Below the pieces are notes generated by a model, which was given only the letters and a program-made list of their open reading frames with translations, did not search any database and had not been told where the DNA came from. Position numbers and translations under genes: made by a program. Shown in pieces: positions 35,349 through 46,659 of a stretch of 64,000 bases of DNA (positions within the stretch are counted from its first letter, which is position 1; the number at the start of each line of letters is the position of its first letter). The stretch is from Psammoneis japonica. Lineage: Eukaryota. The stretch is from assembly GCA_008632985.1 (NCBI GenBank), contig QPGO01000110.1:1-64000 (forward strand), read 5' to 3'.

Positions 35349-37997
35349 ATGACGATGACGACTGTAAGGAAGGTTCTTTTGATGTGTTGGTGGTGTTCAT
35401 GGTCGCTTTCGATCAGCCTCGGACAATCACTACCGGACTGCGAAAACAATGCAACATTGCAAACAACCTTTGGTGGCTTTTTAGCGAACAGTATCATGTT
35501 TGATGTGTCCACCACCATGACGGATGGTGGAAACGGCGATACTTCCCCATTGTGGATCACCAGTCTGGAGGCGTCCATTCGAGCGGTGTTCCTCCAAAGC
35601 GGTCCTTATACAGTCAATGTAATGACGAAAGAAGGAACTCATGTGGGGTTTGAGAATGACATTTCGGCGTGGACACTGCTCCATTCCGAACGCGATGTAA
35701 CCAGCTCGGACCTTCTCTGTGCCATTTGTACCGACAACCGACTCGAGAGTTTGCTCCGGTTGGACTTTGACGTTCCTGTGGCCCTGACAAATACCCGAGC
35801 CTTCTATCTCAGCGTCTCCGGTGCCGACAGCGACGATAAAATGGTTGTATTTGGAGATGGTCGTGCCACGCCGGAACCGGGCGCGGTGGTCGTCCAAGAC
35901 GACTACCTCGTGATTCAAGAAGGAACACCCTTGCCATCGTATTTTGGATTGTCCGTTGAAAAAGACAACGCCACTACTACGCTGCCACCTATCGCCAATG
36001 GAGGTTTCTTCAGTGGCAAGATTAATTATTTCACCCCATGTGACATGGCGCCACCACCGATGGAAACATTGTCTTGTCCCACGAATCAGGAGGCCACCAC
36101 AGTCACACTACCCACGGCTGATACTGTTCAATCTCGCACGCATGGTGTCATGTGGGACTTGACGGCTGCGGGAGATCAAGACATTCTTGTCTCTGAATTG
36201 CAGATTCCCATTGATGCAAAAGCCGCTACCTTCGACTTTGATATTTTGCAACTCTGGACCAAGGAGGGGAGTTTGGTCGGCTTTGAATCCGACCCCAATG
36301 CCTGGACCATAGTTGTGGCACAAAGTGTCGATTATCCAAGCTCTACGTTATCATTCAGCAGTTTCTGGTCTCTCCCAGTGGGACCTTTTTTGATACCTGC
36401 TGGTGAAACGCGTGCCTTTTACGTCACTACCTTTGGTGACGAAGAGGAGAATTTCAACTTTTTGATTTCGGGTGTTGGTAGACAGGACGAAGCTATCAAC
36501 GTCGATCTTGGCCCCCTGACGGCCTTTGATGCCAATGTGGAAATCAACAATGCAATGGGATTAGGCTCTTTCTTTCTTAGGGGTACAGACTCTAATAAAG
36601 TTCTGGGGTTCTGGAACGGTATTGTCGTGTATGATGTGTGCACACCCTCCTCATCGAATAGCCTGCCACCGGAAACGACGTGTCCTGAGACCTACAATAC
36701 GAAAGAGCAAATCGTATCCTTGGGTCTCGAAGAGGCGACGCGGATCATTAAATTTGATGCGGTATTTGCCATTGATGTGTACGTGGAGACCCTTTTTTTA
36801 GCACTCCGGGAAAATATCTACAGTGGTGATTTCGTGGTCTCGGTATGGACCACAAACGGACTATTGGATCAAGTAGACGCTGACGTGTCGACATGGGACA
36901 TTGTGTACCGGTCCAGCATCACTATCGAGGACAGTTTCTTCATATCGCTCCCCGAAGATCGCTTTCGCCGTATATCAGTCCAAGCGGGACAGCCGCTTTC
37001 TTTTGCGGTCGGATTTCTCCTCCTCGATGATGAGACCCCGCTGTATGCCGGTGGAGGGATTCGACCGGGAGAATGGGCGGTTCGCACACCGGATCTCCTC
37101 GTCCGTGAATCGGGATCCGTCTTTAGTGGGGCAGTGCGGTACAGCTCCTGCAATCGTCCGCGAAGATTTATGCCACAGTGTGGCGATGACTCGGTCATCC
37201 AGGCAGTGACCACCGTACCGCCTTCTTTCAATCCGCAAAACCTGCTCGTTGCCAGCGGTCCGCAGGGGGGTGTCATGTTTGATATACAAGCATCCGAATC
37301 GATCGAAGTGAGTTCCATCGATACCAGGTTGACCGATCCAACCAATTTTGGCAGCGCATCGGGAGTTGTATCGGTGTGGACCAAGACCGGGTCCTACGTT
37401 GGTTTCGAAGATGAACAGTCGGCATGGGAGTTGCTCTTCCGACACGAAGTCCGCTTTTCAAATTATGAGGATTTGTACGAAGATCTCCCGCGCGGTTTGA
37501 ATGCTATAATTCCGGTCGATGTTTTCCGTCCCAAGGTAATTCCGGCCGGTTCGACACAAGCATTCTATGTTACAATGCACGCCGACACGGTCGGGGCAAA
37601 TGTTATCGCTCTTCCAGTGAATGGGCCTCCGGGTACTTTGATTGGAGATGACGGGACGGTACAAATCTATTCTGGGCTCGCCCTTTCCGAGCAGTTTGGA
37701 GGGACTTTGTCGGGGAGGAACGGGTTTTTTGGATACATCAACTATCGGCGCTGCCCTGCCATGAGTAGTCAACAAGCCTTTGAGGCTGCCAGCAATCCAG
37801 ACCGTTTTGGCCCGACGTTGCTTGATTCATCTCCGCTTGATCCTGACTTAACGAGTCCTGAAGGCAGCGAAAGCCAAGGTAATAATGGTGAGGGGTCTGG
37901 AGGACAACCCCAATTTTCGTCTGCCTCTGTGGTCGAGTCCCGTCTTCAGGTTCCTGTGGCCCTCTTATTGGCGTTCTCATTTCTCGTTTGGCCATGA
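35349..37997 (+). CDS. Secreted/GPI-anchored-like protein with ~4 tandem internal domains
   Basis: Signal peptide; repeated G(V/I)M(F/W)D ... WTKxGSxVGFExDxxAW ... RAFY units; hydrophobic C-terminal tail. Confidence 0.8.
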   Translation: MTMTTVRKVLLMCWWCSWSLSISLGQSLPDCENNATLQTTFGGFLANSIMFDVSTTMTDGGNGDTSPLWITSLEASIRAVFLQSGPYTVNVMTKEGTHVGFENDISAWTLLHSERDVTSSDLLCAICTDNRLESLLRLDFDVPVALTNTRAFYLSVSGADSDDKMVVFGDGRATPEPGAVVVQDDYLVIQEGTPLPSYFGLSVEKDNATTTLPPIANGGFFSGKINYFTPCDMAPPPMETLSCPTNQEATTVTLPTADTVQSRTHGVMWDLTAAGDQDILVSELQIPIDAKAATFDFDILQLWTKEGSLVGFESDPNAWTIVVAQSVDYPSSTLSFSSFWSLPVGPFLIPAGETRAFYVTTFGDEEENFNFLISGVGRQDEAINVDLGPLTAFDANVEINNAMGLGSFFLRGTDSNKVLGFWNGIVVYDVCTPSSSNSLPPETTCPETYNTKEQIVSLGLEEATRIIKFDAVFAIDVYVETLFLALRENIYSGDFVVSVWTTNGLLDQVDADVSTWDIVYRSSITIEDSFFISLPEDRFRRISVQAGQPLSFAVGFLLLDDETPLYAGGGIRPGEWAVRTPDLLVRESGSVFSGAVRYSSCNRPRRFMPQCGDDSVIQAVTTVPPSFNPQNLLVASGPQGGVMFDIQASESIEVSSIDTRLTDPTNFGSASGVVSVWTKTGSYVGFEDEQSAWELLFRHEVRFSNYEDLYEDLPRGLNAIIPVDVFRPKVIPAGSTQAFYVTMHADTVGANVIALPVNGPPGTLIGDDGTVQIYSGLALSEQFGGTLSGRNGFFGYINYRRCPAMSSQQAFEAASNPDRFGPTLLDSSPLDPDLTSPEGSESQGNNGEGSGGQPQFSSASVVESRLQVPVALLLAFSFLVWP

Positions 37998-38485
37998 CGG
38001 CGGTATAAATTCACGCAGCGCCCCTCCCACTTTTGTGTACCGCACCGGCATCTCAAATCCTTTCCCGGCTAAACGACTTATTTAGACTGATTGACACCTT
38101 ACGAGTCTCTTCCATTAGCTTTTTGCCAGTTTGCAACTGCCGTATCCCACGCTCTCATCAGCATCGCAAAACTGCCATTCTATTCTACTCTCTAGAGTAG
38201 AGATACGTGCCTGGGCTTGCCGAGCATTTTATCACTGGTGTCATGCCCCAGAGCTCGTCGTATTTATTTGAGCTCGTGCTTTCGGTGCGACGAGCTCTTT
38301 TTACTATCGCCGCAGAAAAGCATCGTGTGGTACTGAGTACTGAACGCCGCCTGTGTGTATCGTTTGGCCATCATGGAGCGCTGAGCAACATCATTTTACG
38401 CAGCTATCTTTATTAGTATAATAGAAAGAGGAGGAAAGTGTTGGAGAAGAGTTCTGTCTCCTTAGAAGCATCGAAAACGAGAAAG

Positions 38486-39550
38486 ATGTCCGAGCAGGAG
38501 CATTCTATTTCGTCCAGTAGCACCAGCAGTGCTCTGTCGCTGCTGGAACTTTCTGACGAGTTGCTGAGGGCTATCTTACTTTATCTTGACGGAGTGTCGC
38601 TTGTTCAGACTGAAATCACGTGTGGCAGGCTGAATGGTATCGGACGAGAGAGTTGGGCTGTCCTAGACGAATCTATTGATACGTCTGACGAGCTCAAGTG
38701 GAATCATTCTAACAACAACAACGCTCGATATCGATGTATCCGCTACCTCAAGACAGTCAAGTTTGCTGATCGTATCGACAGGTTGATCTCGCTGCACTTT
38801 GGAGCATTCGTTGGCGAGCATGGGGGCACTTACGAAGATCATCATTGCGATGGCTGTGATTTTCCAAATCGCTTGCACTTAGATTGGATACAGCGACCGG
38901 ACGACTTTGACTACTTTGTTCGTATTTCTTTCGCTCCACGGGCTCTTCCAGCCCACAGAACCTTGCTATTTCAAGGATTCTTTTCTCATGTCTCCTTGAA
39001 TTCATACAGAAGACGGGTCAACGCACCCACGAGGCAGCTCACTATCAACCTACGCGACAGGGATAGCACCGACCTTGCCTACCTGGTACCGGCTCTCCTG
39101 CACAGCGGGAGCGTGGTTTACCCCCGTATCATTTTTCCAATTGCGAGATGTGGAGTTGTGACAACAGTCGTTGCTGTTCGGAAAAACGATTTGCAGCTGG
39201 CTCTCATGTTTGCGAGCAACAGGGTGCAGCGTACTAGTGGTCATCCATTTGGAAGTTCTAGGAGTAGTGGGGTTTTGATTGAAATGGTCCACATTTTCTC
39301 TGAGAATGCGCACCGCACTGATGACGCAGGAAATTTTATACCCACAATGAATTATACTGCTACCGATGGGGCAGGAAATCCCTATCCTACCTATACGTTT
39401 GCGGAGCTAAAACATTCGCCACGAACGGTGGATTGCCAGTGGCAGATGAGAGTCGTTTGTGGAACGTACGACCAGTCCCTGTATTCTCCTCCTGAAGAGG
39501 AGGGTACCGGCAATTGGCTTTCTCGTCGCAATGCAGGCCTCCCACCATAG
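38486..39550 (+). CDS. F-box protein
   Basis: N-terminal LLELSDELLRAILLYLDGVSLVQTEITCGRL matches the F-box pattern. Confidence 0.75.
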   Translation: MSEQEHSISSSSTSSALSLLELSDELLRAILLYLDGVSLVQTEITCGRLNGIGRESWAVLDESIDTSDELKWNHSNNNNARYRCIRYLKTVKFADRIDRLISLHFGAFVGEHGGTYEDHHCDGCDFPNRLHLDWIQRPDDFDYFVRISFAPRALPAHRTLLFQGFFSHVSLNSYRRRVNAPTRQLTINLRDRDSTDLAYLVPALLHSGSVVYPRIIFPIARCGVVTTVVAVRKNDLQLALMFASNRVQRTSGHPFGSSRSSGVLIEMVHIFSENAHRTDDAGNFIPTMNYTATDGAGNPYPTYTFAELKHSPRTVDCQWQMRVVCGTYDQSLYSPPEEEGTGNWLSRRNAGLPP

Positions 39551-39709
39551 ATTCCGATTCGGCATCTTTGCGGAACCCCGATATGATGCCGTTGGGGTCA
39601 ATTCAGCCGAGCAAAACAAGCCATGAAATTGACCATCTGCTGGTTCTTGCAAGTAGCTGTGTTTTTTGAATACCTTTATCTTGTACTTAGTTTCGCTTTG
39701 GCCTGTGCC

Positions 39710-41970
39710 TAGGTTTGCTGGAAGGAAAGAGAGAGCGCGGGAAACAATGGTCTGAGTCTTTTGGAGCGGTCGTTGAATCCAGTGCCGAATTGCAACTTAC
39801 AAATAAAGGAAGAATTGATTCAAACTGCTTGATGGCTAACAATGGAAGTGAGTCAGCTTGGAAATATGAAGCGATCATCAAGACGTTTAAAGTGGGTTAC
39901 AACAGAATCGGCAACAAACCAAACTTGAAAAAAATCATACCAGGACAAATGCACAGATGAGTGTGGTGGAAATTGTCAATGACTGCACCAGAGGAGCAAA
40001 GAGCAGTGGCAGAGAGAGAGAGAGAGTTTGCTGAGAATTGTGGCTGCCAGCTCTGGCTAAAGTGGAGCATGGGAAGAACTGGGCAAGTTTTGGGGGTGGC
40101 AGACAAATGTCAAGCCACTGACTTCAACCCCCAAGCAGGCTCAGACTCCAAGACCTTCGGTGACCCAAGAATCAAACCTCCTCAAGTGATGGAGGAAACA
40201 GGCCACATGACATCCACAGAGCCTTGTGCAACAAGGCATTTGTTGGCTTGAGGTGCCACTCCAGTGGGCACAAGAAGAGCTGCTCGTGACATCCTCAGTT
40301 TGCCTCTCTGCCTCATTGTGTGCCAGACAAACCACAAACCCTCACAACATTTTGTTGCCAACAGACTGTGGTTGTGCAGGTGCCATGTCTTCACCCCACA
40401 GTGGATGAAGACTTTGGCAACCAGCCTGTTCTAGATGGCTGGCAAACATTGTTGGCAACAGCAAGTGCAGCATCAATGGCTGCACTTTGGGAGCAGGGCT
40501 GCTCAGTGCAGCAACCTGGTGTGATGATGCACAGATGAAATTGCTTTGTCAACTGGCACCAGGTCTTGGTGTGATGAGACACTGGGGTTGGCTGCAATTT
40601 TTGCTGCATCTTTTGATGAAATGACATGCTGCCAGTTAAAAAAGTCAAACCACACAAGCTTGGTGTTCTTCTTTCCATTGCGCTCATGTTTCTAAGAAAT
40701 TTGCCCAGTTGTTGGGCTCTTGGTCCCAGCACCACAACTTGTGCCTCTCTCACCAGCACTCAGCATTGAACAAGCACACCATCAACACTCTGCAAGAGAA
40801 TGTGTCTCAGTGTGTCTTTTTGGTTGTTGTGCTTGATCCTCCCAGTGGCATGCTCTGATGGACCCTGTCAGGAGGAGCCAAGTGCAGAGATCAATGTGTG
40901 CTTTGTTGGCTGCCATGGATTTGACTTGTCATTTCATGTTTTCTTGGTTGTTTTGCATGACTTTCACTTGCTCCACTCTTTTGCCAAAATGTCAAGGCCA
41001 GCCCTGTTGCTGGATTTGCCCCATTTTGTGGGCCCAGCTGTTGTCACCACACACCACAGCATGCAAGTGGCATCATTGTCAGATTGCCAAACACAACAAA
41101 TGCAGAGTTTTGAGCTGTTTGCACAGCACATTGCTGAAACAGTCAAGAGCTGGAAGGCTTCTTGTGTTGGCTTCTTGTGTCGTCATCGACAAGAAGATCA
41201 AAAAACATGGCAAGATTGGCAGGGGGCAATGCAGAAAGTTGTTGCATGTGTGGAAAGGCTGGCAAAATGAGTGAATCTGACTTTGTTGAATTGTGGGAAA
41301 TTTTTGACATTGACGAAAATGGCAAGGTCAACTTTTTCAAGTTGTCGTGCCATGGGGGGAAGAGCACAATGAAAAATTTGGAGCCAGCAAGGGCAGCAAG
41401 TCTGCATGTCAGCAGCATGGCTGAGATGGCTGCCCTTCACATTTCTGTTCACTCCTCAACAATGGCGACAATGGTGCCTTTGGAAGAGGATGACAAAGAT
41501 CCCATGAAAAAAAAAGAGCAAAGATCCAGAGAAAAAGAGCCACAAAGACTGGGCAAGTCCCTGGGGCTGCTCGAGGGGTGCGGCAGAGAGAGGCACCTGA
41601 AAAGGAGTTGCAACTGACAACAACAATGATCCCATGGAAGAGGAGAGTGAAGGTGAGCCAGCCGCTGATGTTTGCTGGGGAGAGAGGGCTGGGGGGGCGC
41701 CAGCTTCCTTCTCTGTTGGTGGAGTGTGGCCATTGGATCCACGGCTGAATTGCAGCTGATGGTTGCATAGGAAAAATTGACTCAAACTGCTTGATGGCTG
41801 ACAATGAAAGTGGAGCAACTTTTGCATGTGACAAAACACCCACACTTGGTTCCAGAGGGTTCGCATCAACAACCAACTTGGAGCCTCTGTCATCCCAGGA
41901 CAAGTGGTGCGCGGAGTGTGGTGGAAGTTGTTGTCAACTGCTGTGCTTTGCTGGAGGGGCAAAGAGCTAA
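39710..41970 (+). repeat. Diverged ~300-bp direct repeats (39710-40010 and 41670-41970) bracketing TpA-depleted block 5
   Basis: Shared segments include AATTGAYTCAAACTGCTTGATGGCTRACAATG, CCAGGACAA and GAGTGTGGTGGAA. Confidence 0.75.
40880..41360 (+). pseudogene. Degenerate EF-hand-containing gene fragment, paralogous to 33880-34420
   Basis: MSESDFVELWEIFDIDENGKVNF; shares TCAAGGCCAGCCC, AGATTGCCAAACACA and GCTGGAAGGCT with the other copy. Confidence 0.6.
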
Positions 41971-42281
41971 CTATGGCAACTCCCCGCAACTGTGGTTCCT
42001 CTGGCAGGGCCCTGTCTGTGCAGTGATGGCTCCATCTAACCATCTAAATCAAGTGCTGCAGAAAAATGTCGAGCCACGTCATGCTTTTGTGTGACGTAAT
42101 GCCATCTGTTCCTCGTTCGCGCCACTTTTTCCGGCGCACAACGCACAATGCGTGTGCTGGTCCCGTGTAGTTCTGCGGCGAGTTCTTCCTTTTCATCACT
42201 TCGTCCTGTCTTTCTACATACGATCGGCTCGTCGGCATTGTACCTTTTGATCCGCCTTCATCTCGAAAATATAGTAGCAAC

Positions 42282-43259
42282 ATGATAAACGCAATGAGAT
42301 TTCTATTGATCGTATCTGCCATGATGGCTCTGAATACGCCGTCTTGTTGGTCATTTTCTTCCGTTTCCGTCTCATATTTTGGAACCGCGAGAACAAAGAT
42401 ACAAAGACCAACGGCGCTGTGGGAAAAAAGCACCAAAGAAGAAGTTGTAAATGGAGACACTCATGTCGATTTTGACGAAGCGGACTTGCGACAAGAATTG
42501 AAAGATGCTGAAATTGTAACGATTACGCTGGAAAATCACAAACCCATGGGTTGCACCGTGGAAGAATCCTTGGCGATCCAAGAAGATTCGTCGGATGCGC
42601 ATCCTCCCGTGTTTGTTGCCAAGGTTACAGAAGGAGGAAACGCCGAAAAAGCTGGATTGGAAGCAGGCGATGTCATTGTTGCAGTTACAGGAATTTTCGG
42701 CAAGGTTAGCAGTGTATCGGGAATGGGACTTGAACATGTGTGAGTATGATTCTGATGAACTTGACTCGGTTTAGCTACTGTATGTGACTCGAATTCGTTT
42801 TGTTCTGTGGAACTCATCCTTGTATGTTAATATTGCAATTATTTCCACAGCAAATCTTTAGTTGCTGGACTATCACGCGACAAACCTTTGGAACTCGTGG
42901 TGGCAAGAGGCACAGACGTGATGGCAGAACACGAAACGGCTCTTGTAGACTTGTGCACCATGCCCACGTCGTCGGATAAACAAATCGATGAGTGTGTTAC
43001 AAACATTCACGCCATGGCATATTTCGATGAAGATGACGAAGAGGAAGATATCGAAGAGTCGGAGAATGAGGAAGACATGTTGGAAAGCGTGTTTGATTTG
43101 TGGGCGGAAGACATGCCAGCACCTACAACCACTGCAAAAGAACCAGAACAGGCTCCGATAGAAGAGAAGAAGCCCGCACCATGGAGTGCACGATCATCGC
43201 CATCGGGAACCTATGTGCGAGATCCGACTACTGGTGAAATGAGAAACATTGACGCATAG
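42282..43259 (+). CDS. PDZ-domain protein, likely plastid-targeted, 2 exons
   Basis: Signal peptide followed by F; KPMGCTVEE and VFVAKVTEGGNAEKAGLEAGDVIVAV; intron ~42740-42850. Confidence 0.78.
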
Positions 43260-43761
43260 TAGTCTAGATTTGGAGTGACCAAAGAAAATTAAGATTTCTG
43301 TCGGCACACTGTAAATAAACGCGCATGAACTCTTCTTGTCATACCATAGACTTTCAAAAACTCTGTGTCCATACCATCCTGTTCACAAGATGCCCTATAG
43401 GTACTAACCTCTCTATTGAAAAAAGGTCCGCAGCTTGAGAAAGAATGAATTCGGATAACATATAGGTATTATTGCGGCGCAAGCTTACCGACCACGTCAT
43501 GGTACCAAATTTCGTAGAATTCTACGTGTGTTCAAGATCGCATCATTTTTTCCCGCCCTGCATGCTGCATGCAACTACTTCTACAAACTCCCATGAGCCT
43601 TGGCATGAGCTCGATCATGACACTGGCTGTATAGTTTCTATCGTATGTCTCGTCCCTACCATTGAATAGTGTATCACCCGCAAGCAAGAAACAAAAGTGG
43701 CTGGGAAACGTTCTGTACTCGAACCGTCTTATTACCCTTTACCCTTGCCCACAACAATTTG

Positions 43762-44361
43762 ATGCGTCTGATGCCTGGTGTTAGGTATCGTTCCTTCTTG
43801 CTGAGTACACGTACGTGTAATAGATCTAAATCACGTCAACTCTGCGCCTTGGCAACGATTTTGTTATCACAACAAGCGTCGGCATTTGGTTATTCCCAAT
43901 TCTCTCCATCCCTACAAGCACACAAAACAAGAATGAGCTCGTCATCTTCCACCAACAACAAATCGTACATTGACAAGCTCGCATTGATTTTAATTGAGAA
44001 TCGCAAACAACTCGTGGTGCGGAGTTTTGGAAAGACTGCCTTTTTTACACCCGGTGGCAAGCGAGAAGAGGGTGAATCCGACATGGAAGCGCTGTGTCGC
44101 GAAATCAAGGAAGAATTGACTGTGGATTTACTCCAAGACACGGTGAAACCATATGGTGTGTTTGAAGCACAAGCCTTTGGCAAGCCTCAAGGAACCATGG
44201 TGCGCATGACTTGTTATTCAGCCGACTATAAAGGCACACTAGTTCCGAGTGAAGAAGTGGAAGAAATGGAGTGGATCACGTCCGACTTTCCTCACGACAA
44301 GTTGAGCGTTACGGGTATTATGATTTTGGAGGACCTTAAAGCCAAGGATCTCATTGATTAA
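43762..44361 (+). CDS. NUDIX hydrolase (start codon uncertain)
   Basis: Nudix box GGKREEGESDMEALCREIKEEL. Confidence 0.88.
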   Translation: MRLMPGVRYRSFLLSTRTCNRSKSRQLCALATILLSQQASAFGYSQFSPSLQAHKTRMSSSSSTNNKSYIDKLALILIENRKQLVVRSFGKTAFFTPGGKREEGESDMEALCREIKEELTVDLLQDTVKPYGVFEAQAFGKPQGTMVRMTCYSADYKGTLVPSEEVEEMEWITSDFPHDKLSVTGIMILEDLKAKDLID

Positions 44362-44449
44362 AATAGAGGAAGCAGAACCACAACAATACTCTCTAGACTA
44401 TAATGATTATACTCTTGTGTGTGTCATTCTCGCTCTTTGTATGAGTTAT

Positions 44450-45136
44450 TTAAACATCAGGAACAAAGGGAACAGATCCCGGAATAAAGTATGCGGCAGC
44501 AAATCCGGCAATACCAATCATGGCAAGACGTCCATTCTTGAGTTCTTTCATACGCATCTCTTCCTTTTTCTCATCACTGAGTTTGGACCATGCTCCCGTC
44601 CAGTCAATAGCAGCGTCACCCTCTCCAGTGTATGACTTTCCATCCATTTCTTGCTTGTACTTGTATCCCTCAATGGTTCCGCAAAAGATAATGAATTGAG
44701 CCCACCACTGTGCATCGGCTTGTCCAAAGGCCTCAATAGGATTGGTGGTGGTGACATCGTTGGAATCAAACGTTCCGAAAATGGCAGGCCAGACCCAACC
44801 GACGGTAGCAAGCATGGCGGAACGGCCATTGGCCAATTCCGCCTTGCGGGCCCATTCGAACGGAACCCATTCGTTCAAGCCCAAGGGATCAAACTGTGTG
44901 GATAGTGGGGGTGTACTTAGCGTCAGTCATTCATAAACAAACAGCTACACTCCACATGATACAATAGCACTAGCAAGCACACTCACAACTTTGTTTCCCG
45001 TCTCGGTCGTGACACCAAACTTGCCATCCAATTCCGACGCCTTCAAGACCGTCTTGGTATTACTAGTAGCTGAAAGAGGAGCAAAAGCATTTGCTCCAGT
45101 AGCAACAACGGCAAGGACGGCAAGAGACTTCATCAT
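44450..45136 (-). CDS. Light-harvesting fucoxanthin-chlorophyll a/c binding protein, 2 exons
   Basis: Bipartite presequence (GANAFAP), FDPLG, ELANGRSAMLA and ELKNGRLAMIG; intron 44894-44986. Confidence 0.95.
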
Positions 45137-45440
45137 GGTGGTGTATTGAAATGTGCTTTCTCGTCGCTGTTGGCACGTCGCGTTGAAGCCACGCAGAGCA
45201 AAAAAGATCGCCGAGGCTGATCCTCAACTTCGATGATGTTGATCGAATGAATCGAATATTGATGAAGTCGACTGAGTCGAACTGTTGACGTCACCTTCGC
45301 GCACCTCTTTTCGCGCGATTTTAGTGACCGTTGGCATCCGGTGTTCGCACATGTAGAAATTGTACCAGAATCTACAACGGATTTTTTCGCGCGCTGAAAA
45401 TTCTGCTCGCTCACAAAAAGAGACACACATCAAGTTGACG

Positions 45441-46508
45441 ATGAGGTTCCGCAAGTCTTCTGCCGACGCTGCCACCAGCTCTCCTCTCAAGTTACTGTCT
45501 CCCAATAACAAGAATAACAAGAATGACAGTGATGGCCGTCGCAAATCCATGTTTCAATCGCCCACGTCGATTCTCAAAAAGCGTCCCAAAACATCGACAC
45601 CTGCTGCTGCTGCTGCTTCTGTACAACCGCCGCTCGTAGAATACCCCGTCGAAACCGAGGTTCCATCCAAGGCTCTCGTCCAGGCTCTCTATGAAGATGC
45701 TATTCAAGATGAGAATAATCACCAAGTTCAATTGGATGAGTGGAACAGCGGTTTGTTGTCGTTGGAACAAGTGTTGCTTCCCGCGGTGGCTCGGTCTCAT
45801 GCGCAGGCGCTCAAACAGCTTCAAGCCAAGCTGCAACGGAATCCTAACGATAATAAAGACAAAATCAAGGCTATCGAGGCGTGTCGGATTGCCATTTATC
45901 AAGCCGTGGCGGCAGGTATTCAACAAGCGCAAGAGACTCGTGACGAGCGTGAGACTATCATGTTGAAAGAGCTGGAAGAAGAAAAGCAATTGGAAAAGCA
46001 GGAAGCAGCCGAGCGTCGTTTGGAGAAAAAGGAGAAACTAAAGCAACAGCGTCTACTCAAAGCCAAGCAGCTGTATGAGCCGAACCGTGCCGCCAAGCAG
46101 GAGGGATTGAATCTCATGGCGGAATTGGCGGTATTGGAAAAAGAGGAGCGTCTGTGGAAGGAGGCGCAGAAGCAATTGCAAGTGCGCAAGCAAGAATTGG
46201 AGAAAAAGAAAGCAGAAAAACAAGTGGAGCATGAGACTGACGACATTTCTACTACTACAACTATTAGTCTCCCACAAGCACAAGAATTGGAAGAGGCCAT
46301 TCAAAACATTACCACGTCGTCGGTTCGTATTTGTCAAGCGGTGGAATCCGTATCCAACCTGGTACACGAAGCGGATGAGATTCGCAAAGAAATTTATGGA
46401 AGTTACAAGCAAGACTTTCAATTCCGTGGCTATCGTGGTGCCAATGATACCAAAGGTCTCTTTCGCGCATTGACTCAAGATAGTGATAGCGACAACGACA
46501 TGGAATAG
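45441..46508 (+). CDS. Hypothetical coiled-coil protein
   Basis: Long ATG ORF with an E/K/Q-rich helical composition. Confidence 0.75.
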   Translation: MRFRKSSADAATSSPLKLLSPNNKNNKNDSDGRRKSMFQSPTSILKKRPKTSTPAAAAASVQPPLVEYPVETEVPSKALVQALYEDAIQDENNHQVQLDEWNSGLLSLEQVLLPAVARSHAQALKQLQAKLQRNPNDNKDKIKAIEACRIAIYQAVAAGIQQAQETRDERETIMLKELEEEKQLEKQEAAERRLEKKEKLKQQRLLKAKQLYEPNRAAKQEGLNLMAELAVLEKEERLWKEAQKQLQVRKQELEKKKAEKQVEHETDDISTTTTISLPQAQELEEAIQNITTSSVRICQAVESVSNLVHEADEIRKEIYGSYKQDFQFRGYRGANDTKGLFRALTQDSDSDNDME

Positions 46509-46659
46509 ACTTGAGTGATTGGAGCGGTCTTGGGGTATCATAGTCTTTGGTAGTAGAGAGATTGGGGATAAGGTAAAATAGGCATACATAACATCATTGG
46601 TCAAAAATAGCGGTAGTACCTGCAATGTATTCTCTAGCTCTTAAGTGTGAATTGACGCG

